The notes under the pieces are model-generated. The model did not search any database, was not told the DNA's origin, and worked only from the letters and a program-made list of their open reading frames with translations. The translations under genes were made by a program, and so were the position numbers. Of a DNA stretch of 64,000 nt, positions 9,951 through 21,155 are shown piece by piece. The first letter of the stretch is position 1. Each line of letters starts with the position of its first letter. The DNA is from an uncultured delta proteobacterium. GTDB lineage: Bacteria > Myxococcota_A > Polyangia > Polyangiales > Polyangiaceae. The stretch is taken from assembly GCA_963841435.1 (NCBI GenBank), contig CAWJCS010000003.1:288001-352000 (forward strand). The letters run 5' to 3'.

Positions 9951-10968
9951 GGAGTGTCACCTCGGGGAAGCGGCCTCGATCGCGACCGGTGGTGACGCTG
10001 AGCGCCGCTGACTGCTTCGTGCGCGACTCCGAACTTTCGATCAAGTACAGAGTCAGCCCGGCGCCGAGAGCCACGGCGCCTCCGAGGAGGCAACCCGTGG
10101 CCCAGTTGCCGTCACGAAGGGCTGCGGCGCGCAGCCTCAGGCCCTCCGCATCGCAACCGCTGTCGTCGCAATGGTCGTCGCGCTTCGAGGCTCGGTTCAG
10201 GCGGTTGGCCTCTAGGCTAAAAATGGCGCCCGCCACCAGCGCCGCGCCGCCCACGCCCGAAAGGCTCAGGCCCACCACACCCCGAGTCGAGACCCCCGTC
10301 GGCGTTTCGCTCTTCCAGGACGAACGCGAATCAGCTCGGGTCGGCACCGGGGAGGAAGATGTCGGCGGCGCGGGTCGTGCGTTCACGGCGCCGTTCGCCG
10401 AGAGCGGTTCCAGCTCGAGGCGTGCGTGAATCTCCCCGCCGGCCACCACGTTGACGTTGGCGATGCTGGGCTTGCTGTCCGCTCGCGTCGCAACCAGCAC
10501 GTGTCGTCCTGCGGCCAGGCGCAGGCTGCCCGACAGCGTGAGGTCGGCGGGCGAACCGTTGACCTCGAGGCGCGCGTCGGGGGGAACGAGCTCTACGACG
10601 AGCGTTCCGATACGTCGCGCGTTGAAGTCGATCAGCGCCTCGACCTCCGCGACCCGGGTCGCATCCGTCGGTAGCGGCTCCGTCAACAGGTAGAGGCGCA
10701 AGGCACGTTCCGCTTCCACCGGTAGCCCCAGCGCGCTGTAGGTTTGCCCGAGATTATAAAGGACGATCGGGTTGGGGCTCAGTGCCTGGGCCGCTTCGAA
10801 ATGTTCTGCGGCCTCGGAGAGCTCGCCGCGTTGCACGGCGTCGATACCCTCCTGAAATTGCGTGCGGGCGCGTTCCTCGGCGCTCGGCTCTTCGGCGCCC
10901 GCGGTCGCACCGGTGGCAAAGAAAAGGAGCGCGAGACCGAGAATTCGAAAGCGTTGCCTAGCGCGCAT
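9937..10968 (-). CDS. TPR + PEGA domain membrane protein
   Basis: Signal peptide, TPR (VLYNLGQTY), PEGA-like (PPDARLEVNG..LAAGRHVL), two TM segments flanking HCDDSGC. Confidence 0.8.
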   Translation of the reverse strand: MRARQRFRILGLALLFFATGATAGAEEPSAEERARTQFQEGIDAVQRGELSEAAEHFEAAQALSPNPIVLYNLGQTYSALGLPVEAERALRLYLLTEPLPTDATRVAEVEALIDFNARRIGTLVVELVPPDARLEVNGSPADLTLSGSLRLAAGRHVLVATRADSKPSIANVNVVAGGEIHARLELEPLSANGAVNARPAPPTSSSPVPTRADSRSSWKSETPTGVSTRGVVGLSLSGVGGAALVAGAIFSLEANRLNRASKRDDHCDDSGCDAEGLRLRAAALRDGNWATGCLLGGAVALGAGLTLYLIESSESRTKQSAALSVTTGRDRGRFPEVTLHVRF

Positions 10969-12343
10969 ACGGGTTTTGGAGCTCGAAACGGATGTTCGGA
11001 AGCGGCGCCGCGGAGGATCCTGGCGCGCTCGCAGGCCCCGTGCGCGTGCCCGAGGGAACGACGCGCGGGCTTGCCACGGGCACCTCGACGGACCTGCTCG
11101 TGGGGCTCGCTGGTCGGGCGAGTTTCGCGGGAACCTTGGCGCTAAGCTCGTGGCCAGGGAGCGGTGACGGTTCCGGAGCGTGCGATTCCGTCGCGCGCGC
11201 GCGCGCGGCCGCAGGCGGTGCGGCGGGTCCAGGCGGAGGCTCTGCCGCGGCCCCGTCGTCGGTCACCCGCGGGGTGTGGGAGACGGCTCCTTTCAGCATC
11301 GAGAGGGCGAGCGCGGCCACGGCGATCGCTGCCGCCGCGAGGCTCAATTGCACCCTGCGCCGGCTCCGCAAGCGGGAGTGAGGCACCGATGCGGGAAACC
11401 CTTCGCGTAACGTCGGACCGAGAGCAGCGTCAGCAGAAGGGCTCGAGAGTCGCAACGCGTCGGCGAACTCGAGGGCACTCGCGAACCGGCTCGACGGATT
11501 GCGGGCCAGAGCGCGCTGGATGGTCTCATCGAGCTGGCCGGTCACGTCCGGCCGCAGCGTGGGGACGGGCACGGGTGTCGCGGTCAGGATCTTGAACAGG
11601 AGGCGCTCGACCGAATCGGCTTCGTGCGGCGGGCGGCCGGTCAGAAGCTCGTACAAAATCGCGCCGAGCGAGTACACGTCGGCGCGCGCGGTCACCGTGC
11701 CCGCACTCTCGACCTGCTCGGGAGCCATGTACGCGACGGTACCGATCAACGCGCCGGCCTCCGTGGTGGCGACGCTCCCGCCGCCCCCCTTCGAGACCCC
11801 GAAGTCCAGCAGCTTGCACAGCTCCTCGCCGCTGTCGCGACGGGTGATGAACAGATTCTCGGGCTTGAGATCGCGGTGCACCAACCCGGCCGCGTGTGCC
11901 ACCCCGAGACCGACGCAAGCATCGCAGACGATCTTCACGGCGCGTGCCACGGAAAACTCGCCGCTACTTCGCAGGAGTCCCCGCAGATCCCGTCCGTGGA
12001 GGAGCTCCATCACGTAAAACGGATCCTCCTGCTCGTCGCCGCTCACGTCCACGACGCGCACGATGTGGTCGCTGCTCAGGCGCGCGAGCAGGCGGGCTTC
12101 GCGGAGGAAGCGCCGAACCGCGGCGTCTCGGTCGTCGCGACCCGGGCGCAGGATTTTGGCGGCGAAGCGCGAGCCCAGCCGCACGTGCTCCACCTCGTAC
12201 ACGTCGCCCATACCGCCGGACCCGATCTTGCGGACGCGCCGATACGTCGCCCCGAGGTAGTCACCGAGCCCCTGGGGTGCCGACTGGCTCGGAGGGTCCA
12301 CTGCTCGGGCCGGGGTCTCGCGAGTCGAGCGCGCCTGGCTCAC
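10958..12343 (-). CDS. Ser/Thr protein kinase with TM segment
   Basis: GSGGMG, AAK, HRDLKPEN, DFG and APE motifs; C-terminal TM and Pro-rich tail. Confidence 0.95.
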   Translation of the reverse strand: MSQARSTRETPARAVDPPSQSAPQGLGDYLGATYRRVRKIGSGGMGDVYEVEHVRLGSRFAAKILRPGRDDRDAAVRRFLREARLLARLSSDHIVRVVDVSGDEQEDPFYVMELLHGRDLRGLLRSSGEFSVARAVKIVCDACVGLGVAHAAGLVHRDLKPENLFITRRDSGEELCKLLDFGVSKGGGGSVATTEAGALIGTVAYMAPEQVESAGTVTARADVYSLGAILYELLTGRPPHEADSVERLLFKILTATPVPVPTLRPDVTGQLDETIQRALARNPSSRFASALEFADALRLSSPSADAALGPTLREGFPASVPHSRLRSRRRVQLSLAAAAIAVAALALSMLKGAVSHTPRVTDDGAAAEPPPGPAAPPAAARARATESHAPEPSPLPGHELSAKVPAKLARPASPTSRSVEVPVASPRVVPSGTRTGPASAPGSSAAPLPNIRFELQNPYAR

Positions 12344-13347
12344 GGCACATCCCCGCCGCCCGGCTCCGATCCCGGCGTGCGCTGCCGGGCGGCCCCCGGC
12401 GATTCGAGTAGTCGATAGGCGCGCCGGCGCGAGATGCCGATGGCCTCCGCCGCGGCTTTGAGGTTGCCGCCGTTCCCTTCGAGCACCTGCTGTAGGCGGT
12501 GAAGGTCGCTCGCACGCCGGTCGGAAAATCCGAGCGTCACGGGCGGTGCCGATGAGGAACCCTCGGGTCCCCCTTCCGCGAGCGCCTGAGCGAAGCTGAC
12601 GCGGAGCAGCGGCTCCGCGGGGTGGAGAGCGAGCAGCTTTCGCACCGTTAGCTCGAGCTCACGCACGTTACCGGGCCAGTCGCGCAAACAAAACCACTCG
12701 ACCAGCGCCGGTGCGACGCGAGGGACCACCCCCGTCGAGTGTTTCTCGAGCAGGTGCAGCAGGAATCCAGGGATCTCCTCGCGTCGCCGTCGCAGCGGAG
12801 GCACGTCGACCACGAAGCCTGCGAGGCGTGCACACAGGTCTGCTCGGAATCGCTTCTGCTCCACGAGGATATCGAGTCGCTCGTGCGACGCCGCGACGAT
12901 GCGAACGTCCGCCGGCGTCGAGGCGGTTCCGCCGAGGGGAACGACCTCACCCTCCTCGACGGCGCGCAGCAGCTTCGCCTGAACGTCGAGGGATAGGTCC
13001 GAGATCTCGTCGAGGAACAGCGTGCCGCCGTGCGCAGCCTGGAAGTGCCCCCCGCGCGCTCGCTCGGCGCCGGTGAACGCACCGCGCTGGTGACCAAACA
13101 GCTCGGCTTCGGCGAGCGGAGCAGGGACGGTCGAGCAGTTGATCGCGTTGAACCGCCCGCTGCGCCCGCTAAGGTGGTGGATCGCGCGCGCGATGCGCTC
13201 TTTACCCGTGCCGGTTTCACCGACGATGACGATCGGTACGTTGCTCAGCGCCGACGCCCTGGCTTTCTCGATCGCACGGGCCAGCGTGGGGCCTCCCCAA
13301 AGCCCGGGAGCCAGGCTTCCGAACTCCCGGCTCACTACTTCTGCCAC
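12340..13347 (-). CDS. Sigma54-dependent transcriptional activator (AAA+ and Fis-type HTH), no obvious N-terminal sensor
   Basis: GETGTGKE, GAFTGA, TLFLDEI, WPGNVREL and C-terminal HTH. Start uncertain (GTG 13347 chosen). Confidence 0.88.
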   Translation of the reverse strand: MAEVVSREFGSLAPGLWGGPTLARAIEKARASALSNVPIVIVGETGTGKERIARAIHHLSGRSGRFNAINCSTVPAPLAEAELFGHQRGAFTGAERARGGHFQAAHGGTLFLDEISDLSLDVQAKLLRAVEEGEVVPLGGTASTPADVRIVAASHERLDILVEQKRFRADLCARLAGFVVDVPPLRRRREEIPGFLLHLLEKHSTGVVPRVAPALVEWFCLRDWPGNVRELELTVRKLLALHPAEPLLRVSFAQALAEGGPEGSSSAPPVTLGFSDRRASDLHRLQQVLEGNGGNLKAAAEAIGISRRRAYRLLESPGAARQRTPGSEPGGGDVP

Positions 13348-13454
13348 GATGCATATTGGGCTTGGATAGCCTGCGCAAGCTCGCCCCACGACTGAGCCTT
13401 CGTGCGGGTGGCTGCCGCCAGAAGAACGCCATGCCCGCCCGGGCGCCCGTGCCG

Positions 13455-15105
13455 TCAGCGGCGGCGGCTGCGGAGGTCCACGGCGATGGCGGTGGCGTCG
13501 AGCGGGCCCACCTCTTGTGTCGAGCGCAGCCTCGGTCCGTATTCCTCCCACCAGCGGCCGGCGTCGCTCGGTGACCACGAGCCGTAGTCCGCGCACGCCT
13601 CGAGGGCGCGACACAGCGCCGCGGCCGAAGGTGGGCGGGACTCCACACTCTTCGCGAGGAGTTTCAGCACCAGCGCTTCGAGGTCGCCTGGAACCGGTGC
13701 GCCAAGACGCTTGGAGGGCGGCTCCGGCTCCGCCTTGAGGTGAAGCGCAAGGACCTGGACCAAAGACTCGGCGATGAACACGTGCTGACCCGTCAGGAGG
13801 TAGTAGGCGACGCAACCGAGGGCGTAGAGATCACGCGCCGGACCTTCCTTGCCATGACCGAGGATGGCCTCGGGGGCGACGAACTGCGGGGTGCCGACCA
13901 ACGCATTGTCGGCGGTTTGGTTCGGATCGTCCGTGTCCTCGACGGTCTTGACGAGTCCGAAGTCGACCACTTTTGCCAGGTCCGCGATGCCGCCCTGCTG
14001 CGTGAGCATGATGTTCGCGGGCTTGATGTCCCGGTGGATCAGGCCAAGGCCGTGAGCCTCCGTGAGAGCGCCGGCCACCTGGTAGAGGATGTGAATCGCG
14101 CGTGCGGCAGGCATTGGGCCCGAGAGCTCGATGACCTTGTCCAGGCTTCCCCCGTTCAATAGCTCCATGGCGTAGTAGAGGAGCCCATCCGCGGTGCGGC
14201 CGTAGTCGAAGATGGTGACGGTGTTCGGGTGGGCGAGTCGTGCGGTGGCTTGCACTTCGCGCTCGAACCGGGCGAGACCAAGCTCGCCGACCTTCTCGGG
14301 CAGGAAGACCTTGACGGCGGTCGGGCGGCGCAACATCGCATGGCTCGCAACGTAGACGACCGCCATGTTGCCTTCGCCGAGCTTTCGCTCGAGCGTGTAT
14401 TGGCCGAGCCGGCTGGCTTCTCGGAACGTCTCGACGCAGTCCGTAGATCACGGCCGACGCCGTGGCGGCCGTGGTGGAGATGACGAGCCACCAGGTCACG
14501 ACGCTCGCCATCCCGATGGCGATCATGCTGGCCGCCGTGCGCTGAACGCTCCCGGGCGCCGCCGCGGAAGCCGCGACGAGGCGCGGATCCATGGGATTTA
14601 GGATGTTAAAGGACGCGACGACCAAAGGAACGGCGAACGCGGTTGCCAAGAGGGCGGTGCGGCGCCAGGTGCTGGGCACGTGGACGGCGTGTGCCAGCAA
14701 GAAGACTGCGAACGCCAAGAGCAGCGTCATCTCCGGGCGGAACGCCTGCGGGATCTGGGTCACCGTGACGCCGTACAGGCCGCAGATGGTCGTCAGCCCG
14801 AAAAGCTCGATCGCATACACCGAGCTCGCAACCGGATTCGTAAAACGGCACGCAAGCCACATCGAAAGGGTGACCGCGACACCGCCGTAGTGGGCGAGCA
14901 TGGAGGTCGAGGTCAGGTATCCCTCACTGCCGACGACCAGCACCGTGACGATACGCATCACCAAGAAAGTGACCCCGATGAGCGCCACGACCAGCGCCAC
15001 ATTCCCGACCCGCTGCCGGAGCAGCTGGCTATCGACGGTGTCCAGTGGCGTGGTGGTCGAGAGGCGCGCCGCCATGACGGAGAGCGTAGACCACGTCGAG
15101 CGCAT
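13455..15105 (-). CDS. Membrane Ser/Thr kinase with multi-TM N-terminal domain; frameshift near 14424
   Basis: Removing one base joins the TM ORF (..GLRRDV) to REASRLGQYTLERKLGEGNMAVVY. HRDIKPAN, DFG and APE are present. Confidence 0.85.
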
Positions 15106-15207
15106 GGCTCCAAAAACACGCGGAACGCCGAGAATACCCCGGCGGCCTGCGCGTCGTCGGACCGCCGTGAGTTTGCGTCGTAGACGCCGTTCGGCCGTGC
15201 GCGAGCG

Positions 15208-16693
15208 CTACATTCCCGACGGTGCGTATCCGCGCCACGCCCAGACGAGCGCATCGGCGAGGGTGTTGTTTTGGACGCCACCGTCGCAGTGACCGACGCC
15301 CTGGCCAAACACGAACTTGTAGTGGTAGCTCTTCGCCTTGAGCGCGGCCGCCGTGCGCTGATTGGCCATGACCCAGTTGTGGTGCGTCAACTCCGCGTCG
15401 GTGGAACGGAGGTCGTTCTCGTTCACGTTCAAGAAGACGCGGATCTGCTTCTCCTTCATCGTGGCATCGTTCTTGATGAGCTCGAGGCTCGAGTGGTACT
15501 CCCAAGCCCCGAGCGGATACAGCTGGGCCTCGGGCGCAGCCGGATCCTGCTGGGCGACCAGGGTCGTGGAGTAGGCGATGACGCGACTGAAGAGATCGGG
15601 CCGAAACCAAGCCATCGTGAAGGCTGCCGCGCCGCCCGAGCTGCAGCCGAGCGTCGCTCTGCCGCTCGGATCCTTCGTGAACTTCAGGTTCGGATACGCC
15701 GCCTTGACCGCTGCGTTGGCCTGGACCGCCGGCATGACCTCCGAATCGATGAAGCGAGCGTAGCGATCCGACAGCGTGTCGTACTCGAGGCCTCGTTCGC
15801 TCCCAATCGCGTCGTTGCCCCCGTTTTGCACGGCGATGGCGATGAAGGGCGGGAGCTTTCGGGCGGGATCTTGCGAGATCGTCAGGTTGTCGAGGGCGTT
15901 CTTGACCTGCCCGAGCTCTCCCGGTCCATCTTGGATGATGAGAACGGGGGCGGGATCGCCGTCCATGTACTGTGCCGGCACGTAGACCGAGATGGAGCGC
16001 GTCGCGCTCACTTTGGCGGGGTCGAGCGTGGGGTCCTTCCCGTCGAAGATCGTGCTGTTGGCGAGCGACATCGAAAAGCTGAAGCTCTTCCCCTGGGGGT
16101 TCTGGTGACTCGTCAGGTCCGATTGAGTCGGGTAGCTCGGCCCCACCATGGAGTCGCCGTCGCCATCGCTCCCGGGGTCGGGAAGCGGAGCAATACCGCC
16201 TGCGCCGCTCATCCCGGCCGAGCCTGCGAGCGCGCCGGCGCCGCCGCTCCCCGCCCCGGCCCCCGCGTCGCCGGCGCTGCCACCGGACGGGCTACCACCA
16301 ACGCCGCCGGTTGCTCCGCCCGACGAGATCGAGCCCGCGGCCCCGCCCAGCGTGCCCCCGCTGCCGCCGCCGGCGCTTCCTCCCGCCGCCATCGAGCCCG
16401 CGGCCCCGCCGCCGCCCGTGGTGCCGCCCGTCGAACACCGAGCCCGCTGCGCCGCTCGTCGCGCCGGATTGTCCACCCACACCCCCGGGCATCCCGCCAC
16501 TCGTGCCACCGGATCCGCCGCCGCTCACCCCACCCGAGCCGGACAGCCCGAAGGCTCCGGCGTCGCCGCCTGACGCGTCTGCCACGGGGCCCGCGGGCCC
16601 GTTGTCGGAAGAACAAGCGCACGCGAGTAGCACCGTGGCCACCAGTGGGACGGCGCGAAAAGCAACCCCCCGTCTCGACGAGAGTGGGTTCAT
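15208..16693 (-). CDS. Enterochelin-esterase-like alpha/beta hydrolase lipoprotein; frameshift near 16436
   Basis: The signal/lipobox (MNPLSS..LACAC) is in another frame from the catalytic domain (VYVPAQY, ERGLEYD, GCSSGG, GVGH). Confidence 0.75.
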
Positions 16694-16737
16694 CCTGGCG
16701 GCCTCGGAATCATTCGGGGTGGATGCCTTCGAAGCTT

Positions 16738-18138
16738 TCAGCTCAGTCCCGAAAGCGTGCCTTTGAACTGAGTGGCCCCGAAGGTGTCGGTCGGTGAACC
16801 GAACATCGTCATGAGCGAGGAAAAGAGCTGGTTGGTCGTCGGCGAGTTGCTGTACTGGACACTGCGCCCGGTGCGGATGGCGCCGTTGCCTTGACCAGCG
16901 ATGATCCAGCCGAGGCCGCGACGGTTGTGGATGTCGCCGTCGGAGAGCTCGTTCGCCCACAGCACCACCGAGCTGTCGAGCAGCGGGCCATCGGCGTCGG
17001 ACTGTGACTTCAGCGCATCCAAGAGGTAGCTGAATCGCTCGGAGTACCAAGTGTCGATCTTGATGAGATCGTTTCGGTTCCCCGTCGCGTCGTGCGACAT
17101 CAAGTGGTGCTCGCCCGCGACGTTCAGCCACTTGAAAAAGACGGTACTTTCCGCTGTCGACCACTGGAGCGTCACGACGCGCGTCAGGTCGCACGCAAGC
17201 GACAACACCAGCAGGTCCATCTGTGCTTTGCCCAGCGTCTCGAAGTCACCGTAGCACTTGCCGGGGCGCCCATCCTGCACGCAATCGACCGGGTCCAGAT
17301 TGACCGAGGGCGGCGCCGTCGGAACCTGGCAGGCGAGGCCCCCCGTGAGCTTGTCGAGCGAGTCCTCGAGCTCGCGCACGGTGGTCGCGTGGCGGTCGAG
17401 CTTTTGCCGGTCCTCGACCCCGACTTTCGCGCCCAGCCGGTTGAAGTCACGCAGGACGAAATCGAGCACGCTCCTGCGTTGCTGCTTCAGTGCGTCGATG
17501 GCCCCGGTTGACGAACCGGCATCCATGAACAACCGGGTGAACACCTTCTGGGGGTCGTCCTCGGGAGGCACCGATTTGGCATTGCCGGGAGTACCCCGGT
17601 AACACATCCTGACGACCATCGGCTCGAGGATGGTCGTGGTGGACTGCACGCCGAGCTCGAGTGACGAGAGACGCGTCTCGCCGCCGATGACGCGCGCGAT
17701 CTCCTGGTCGATCGACGGGCCGGCCGCGGTACCGTCGAGCACGTGCCCCGCGCGCCCCGTGCCACTCGGGCCGACCAACAGCTTGTTCGCAGTCAGCATC
17801 GTGGTCATCGAGGTGTCGTGCGCGTTCGGGTCGTACAGGTACGAGGCCTCGTTGTTGAGCCCGCGCATGATCAGAAGGTCGCTCTTGTGTGCCTCCAGTG
17901 GCTGGAGGATCGGCGACAACGTGAAGTCGGTCTCGGTCCCCGTGGGCTGCCACTGGTCCTTGATCATGCCGTTCGCGCTGAAGAACACCACGAACCGTTT
18001 GGGCGCGGTCGCCGCTTTGGCGACGCGCGGGCGCATCGCATCGAGGAACGGCAGCGCCAGGGCAACACCCGCGCCGCGCAGCACCGTGCGGCGCGAGAGC
18101 GGCTTTTTGGGAATGCAGAAGACGGGTTGCTTCGTCAT
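16738..18138 (-). CDS. DUF1552 domain protein with Tat-like signal
   Basis: LSRRTVLRGAGVALALPFLDAM, SIDQ.IA, SLELGV, ACDLTRV and HHLMSH. ATGA-coupled to the upstream gene. Confidence 0.88.
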   Translation of the reverse strand: MTKQPVFCIPKKPLSRRTVLRGAGVALALPFLDAMRPRVAKAATAPKRFVVFFSANGMIKDQWQPTGTETDFTLSPILQPLEAHKSDLLIMRGLNNEASYLYDPNAHDTSMTTMLTANKLLVGPSGTGRAGHVLDGTAAGPSIDQEIARVIGGETRLSSLELGVQSTTTILEPMVVRMCYRGTPGNAKSVPPEDDPQKVFTRLFMDAGSSTGAIDALKQQRRSVLDFVLRDFNRLGAKVGVEDRQKLDRHATTVRELEDSLDKLTGGLACQVPTAPPSVNLDPVDCVQDGRPGKCYGDFETLGKAQMDLLVLSLACDLTRVVTLQWSTAESTVFFKWLNVAGEHHLMSHDATGNRNDLIKIDTWYSERFSYLLDALKSQSDADGPLLDSSVVLWANELSDGDIHNRRGLGWIIAGQGNGAIRTGRSVQYSNSPTTNQLFSSLMTMFGSPTDTFGATQFKGTLSGLS

Positions 18139-19967
18139 GGCGTGGTTTCCTGGGCGAGGTATCGGAAATCGGGCGTCTGCGTCAGTGCCACGAGCAGCTC
18201 GCGGACCTGCCCGTTCGCGTTGCCAAAGCCGCTGGCGATCGTGGCGATGCGTGGATCGTCCGCGACGGATTCTCCCCGGCCGAAGGCGAAGCGGAACCAC
18301 TGCCTCACGAAGCACTCCGAGACCATGGCGCTCTGCCCGAGCTTCGCGGCCATTTCGACGACACCGTCGAACGCCCCCTCGACGTCGGTCTCGGTCAGAT
18401 TTCCCGAGGCGTCGATGGGCACGCCTTGCTCCGTGTCACGCCACTGTCCGATCGGATCGTAGTGCTCGAAGGCCAGCCCCACGGGGTCGAGTAGCGTGTG
18501 GCATCCGGCGCACACCGGGTTTGCCTCGTGCTCCGTGAACCGCTGTCGTGTCGTCGTGCCGGGAGTGATGGTCGGCGCCGTAACCATGAGGTCGGGGGGC
18601 GGGGGGTCGATGCCCTGGCACAAGATTCGCTCGCGCACGAATTTGCCGCGGGAGACCGGATCCGTTTGGATCTCCTTCGAGTGCGCGGCCAGAAACGAGG
18701 CTTGTGTCAGCAGACCGGCACGCCGCGCGGGCGGCAGATCGATGCGCGCGATGCCGTTTTGCACCTGTCCAGCGGTGCCGCCGTAGTACGCCGCCAGGGA
18801 CGGGTCGCCGTACGTGAAGGGGGCGGTCAACAGCGTCTTCAGATCTCCGGCCCCGTCGAACACGACGCTGGTCGCAAAGGTGCGCGTTTCGTCCGAGAAG
18901 AGCCCCGGGAGCGAGCTATTCCAGCTGGGGAACTGCGCGGTGTCGCGCTGCAGGCGCGGCAGGGCGCGCAAGTCCAGCCAGCCGGCGAAGAAATCCGCGA
19001 CCTGCGCGCGCGCCGCGGGTGTGGCGAGCAGGCGCCCGGCTTGAGCGGCGATCCCTTCTGCGGTGCTCAAGCCGTCGGCTTCGGCCGCGGCGAAAAGCTC
19101 GTTGTCCGGCATCGTACCGGTGAGGAAGTACGAGAGGCGCGAAGCCAGCTCCCACGAGGTGAGCGCCGCGTAAGGCGCTCCGGCGACCGGAACGCCGATC
19201 TCGGTGCGGTACAGGAAGTTCGGTGACACCAGCATGGCTTCGAGCAACAACTTGACGCCGGTCGTCGCGTCGAAGCCGTCACGTCCGGCGATGAACACAC
19301 TGAGGAGATCGGCCTGCTCCTCGGCCGTCACTGGGCGGCGCCAGGCGCGTTTGCCGAAGCGGCCGGTGAAATCGTTGATGCACGCCTCGCCGTCCGTGAG
19401 CTTGCACCCGAGCAGCGTGTCCGCATTCTGAGCCGCCTTTTCGGCGATCTGCTCGGCGGCAACCAAGTACTGCTCGGCCAACGCCGGGCCGACGTCCTGG
19501 ACGTCGCTGTTGTTGGTGAACCCATTGACGACCGTGTCCGAGGGGAACCCCGCAGCGTAATCGTTCGCGTCGCCCAGCAAGGTCTCGATGGTGGCGTCGT
19601 ACTCGACGTTGGACAGACGCCTGACCAGCGCCCGGCCGGGCAAACCATTGTCTATGACCGATTGACCCCCGGTGCCGGCCGTACTGCTCGCGCCGGCGCT
19701 GCCGGCGCCGGCACCGCCGGCACCGCTGATGCCAGCGCCGCTCCCACCGGCCCCGCTACTTCCCGTTGTCCCACCGGCACCGGGGGAGGTGCCACCTCCG
19801 GCCCCAGGCGAGCCAGCGTTGACACCGCCTCCGGTCGCCGACGACCCACCAGGTGGCTCGGTCCCGTCGATCTGGCCCGTGCAGGACGAGAGAATCAGAC
19901 CCAGGGGCGCGGCAAGGATGGTACTGCTCAGAAGCCGTAGCCAAGAGCGTTCGCGCTTGCTCGTCAT
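18135..19967 (-). CDS. DUF1587/1595/1592/1588/1585 (PSD/PSCyt) domain lipoprotein with CxxCH
   Basis: RRLSNVEY, SPNFLYR, ELASRLSYFL, RAGLLTQ, CAGCH and FEHYDPIG motifs. Confidence 0.88.
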   Translation of the reverse strand: MTSKRERSWLRLLSSTILAAPLGLILSSCTGQIDGTEPPGGSSATGGGVNAGSPGAGGGTSPGAGGTTGSSGAGGSGAGISGAGGAGAGSAGASSTAGTGGQSVIDNGLPGRALVRRLSNVEYDATIETLLGDANDYAAGFPSDTVVNGFTNNSDVQDVGPALAEQYLVAAEQIAEKAAQNADTLLGCKLTDGEACINDFTGRFGKRAWRRPVTAEEQADLLSVFIAGRDGFDATTGVKLLLEAMLVSPNFLYRTEIGVPVAGAPYAALTSWELASRLSYFLTGTMPDNELFAAAEADGLSTAEGIAAQAGRLLATPAARAQVADFFAGWLDLRALPRLQRDTAQFPSWNSSLPGLFSDETRTFATSVVFDGAGDLKTLLTAPFTYGDPSLAAYYGGTAGQVQNGIARIDLPPARRAGLLTQASFLAAHSKEIQTDPVSRGKFVRERILCQGIDPPPPDLMVTAPTITPGTTTRQRFTEHEANPVCAGCHTLLDPVGLAFEHYDPIGQWRDTEQGVPIDASGNLTETDVEGAFDGVVEMAAKLGQSAMVSECFVRQWFRFAFGRGESVADDPRIATIASGFGNANGQVRELLVALTQTPDFRYLAQETTP

Positions 19968-20114
19968 GGTTCTCTCGCTATTGCTTCGAGCGCGCTCCGA
20001 TTGTCACGGCATGCGCCCGGGCCGGCCCACGCAGCACGATCTGCGGCAATCACCGCGCTGTTCCACCCACGTCGAAGAAATACGGGCGGAGCGCTACTGC
20101 AGCAGGCAGCCCGA

Positions 20115-21155
20115 TCAGAGCGTGTGACGCGCGAGCAGCGGCCAGGCGATGCTCGGGTCGCCGGGCTCTTCGCGGCCGCCTTGCTTGGTGCAAAGCATGA
20201 CCTCGGCGCCACCGTCACAACCCGAGTAGAGCGAGCAGCCGTTCGCATCCGCGGGCGTTGCGGCGCCGATGCAGCCGTCGATCTCGGCCCACTTCTCGAA
20301 GGTCGCCTGCGCACCCAGGAAAGTGAGGGGCATGCCGGGAACCAGCGACGACGGACCACCGGCGTACGGGACGCGCGAGTCCGCCGTGCCCCGGAAGGAA
20401 ACGACCGTGATCGGCCGCACCGGCACGCAGTCGTCGACGTTCTCCGCCAACAGATCGAAGGCGGCCGGCGCCGCGGCGGCGTACAGATCGGCCGCGTGAC
20501 AGGCAACGTAGTTGGCCATGCCGCCCCCCGTAAGCACACCGACGGCGTACACGCGCTTCGGATCGACGCAGGCGAGCGTCTGGACGTGCGCGACGAGCGC
20601 CCGCGCAAAGGCCACGTCGTCCACGTTGGCCACGCAGCACGGCCCAACGTTCCAACCGGTGCCCGCCGGCCCCCGCAACCCGTCGGGAAACGCCATCACG
20701 ACGCCTTCGGGATCGAGCGCGGCCGGATACGGCGAGCTCGTGCGTTCGCTCGAGCCTGTCTCGCCGATGCCGTGGAAATCGACGACCAGCGGCACGGGGC
20801 GGAGCCCGTCGTAGGCGGCCGGGACGTGCAACACGTACTTTCGCATCACGGAGTCGACCAGCAGGGTCTGGCTCGAATCGCCCGGCGAAAGGGCAGGGGC
20901 CGCGCAGCCGGCAACCAACGCCGTTCCGCCGCTTCCACCCGCGCCGAAAGCGCCAGCGCCCCCACCCGCACTGCCGGCGACACCCCCTGCGCCGTTGCTG
21001 CTCACCCCGCCAGTGCCGCTGCCTGCACCCGAGCTCGCGTCGCCGGCGCCGCCCGAAAGTGCGGCATCGCGCGTGATCGGATAAAGGTTGACGCTCGAGC
21101 AGCCGAGCGCGCCGGCCAAGCCTGCGAGCACCGCGAGCCGCACGCACCGGGTCAT
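20115..21155 (-). CDS. PHB-depolymerase/LpqC-like esterase homolog lipoprotein, nucleophile motif degenerate
   Basis: PLVVDFHG, WNVGPCC, DDVAF, DPKRVY and FRGTAD; GVLTGG where GxSxG is expected. Confidence 0.75.
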   Translation of the reverse strand: MTRCVRLAVLAGLAGALGCSSVNLYPITRDAALSGGAGDASSGAGSGTGGVSSNGAGGVAGSAGGGAGAFGAGGSGGTALVAGCAAPALSPGDSSQTLLVDSVMRKYVLHVPAAYDGLRPVPLVVDFHGIGETGSSERTSSPYPAALDPEGVVMAFPDGLRGPAGTGWNVGPCCVANVDDVAFARALVAHVQTLACVDPKRVYAVGVLTGGGMANYVACHAADLYAAAAPAAFDLLAENVDDCVPVRPITVVSFRGTADSRVPYAGGPSSLVPGMPLTFLGAQATFEKWAEIDGCIGAATPADANGCSLYSGCDGGAEVMLCTKQGGREEPGDPSIAWPLLARHTL

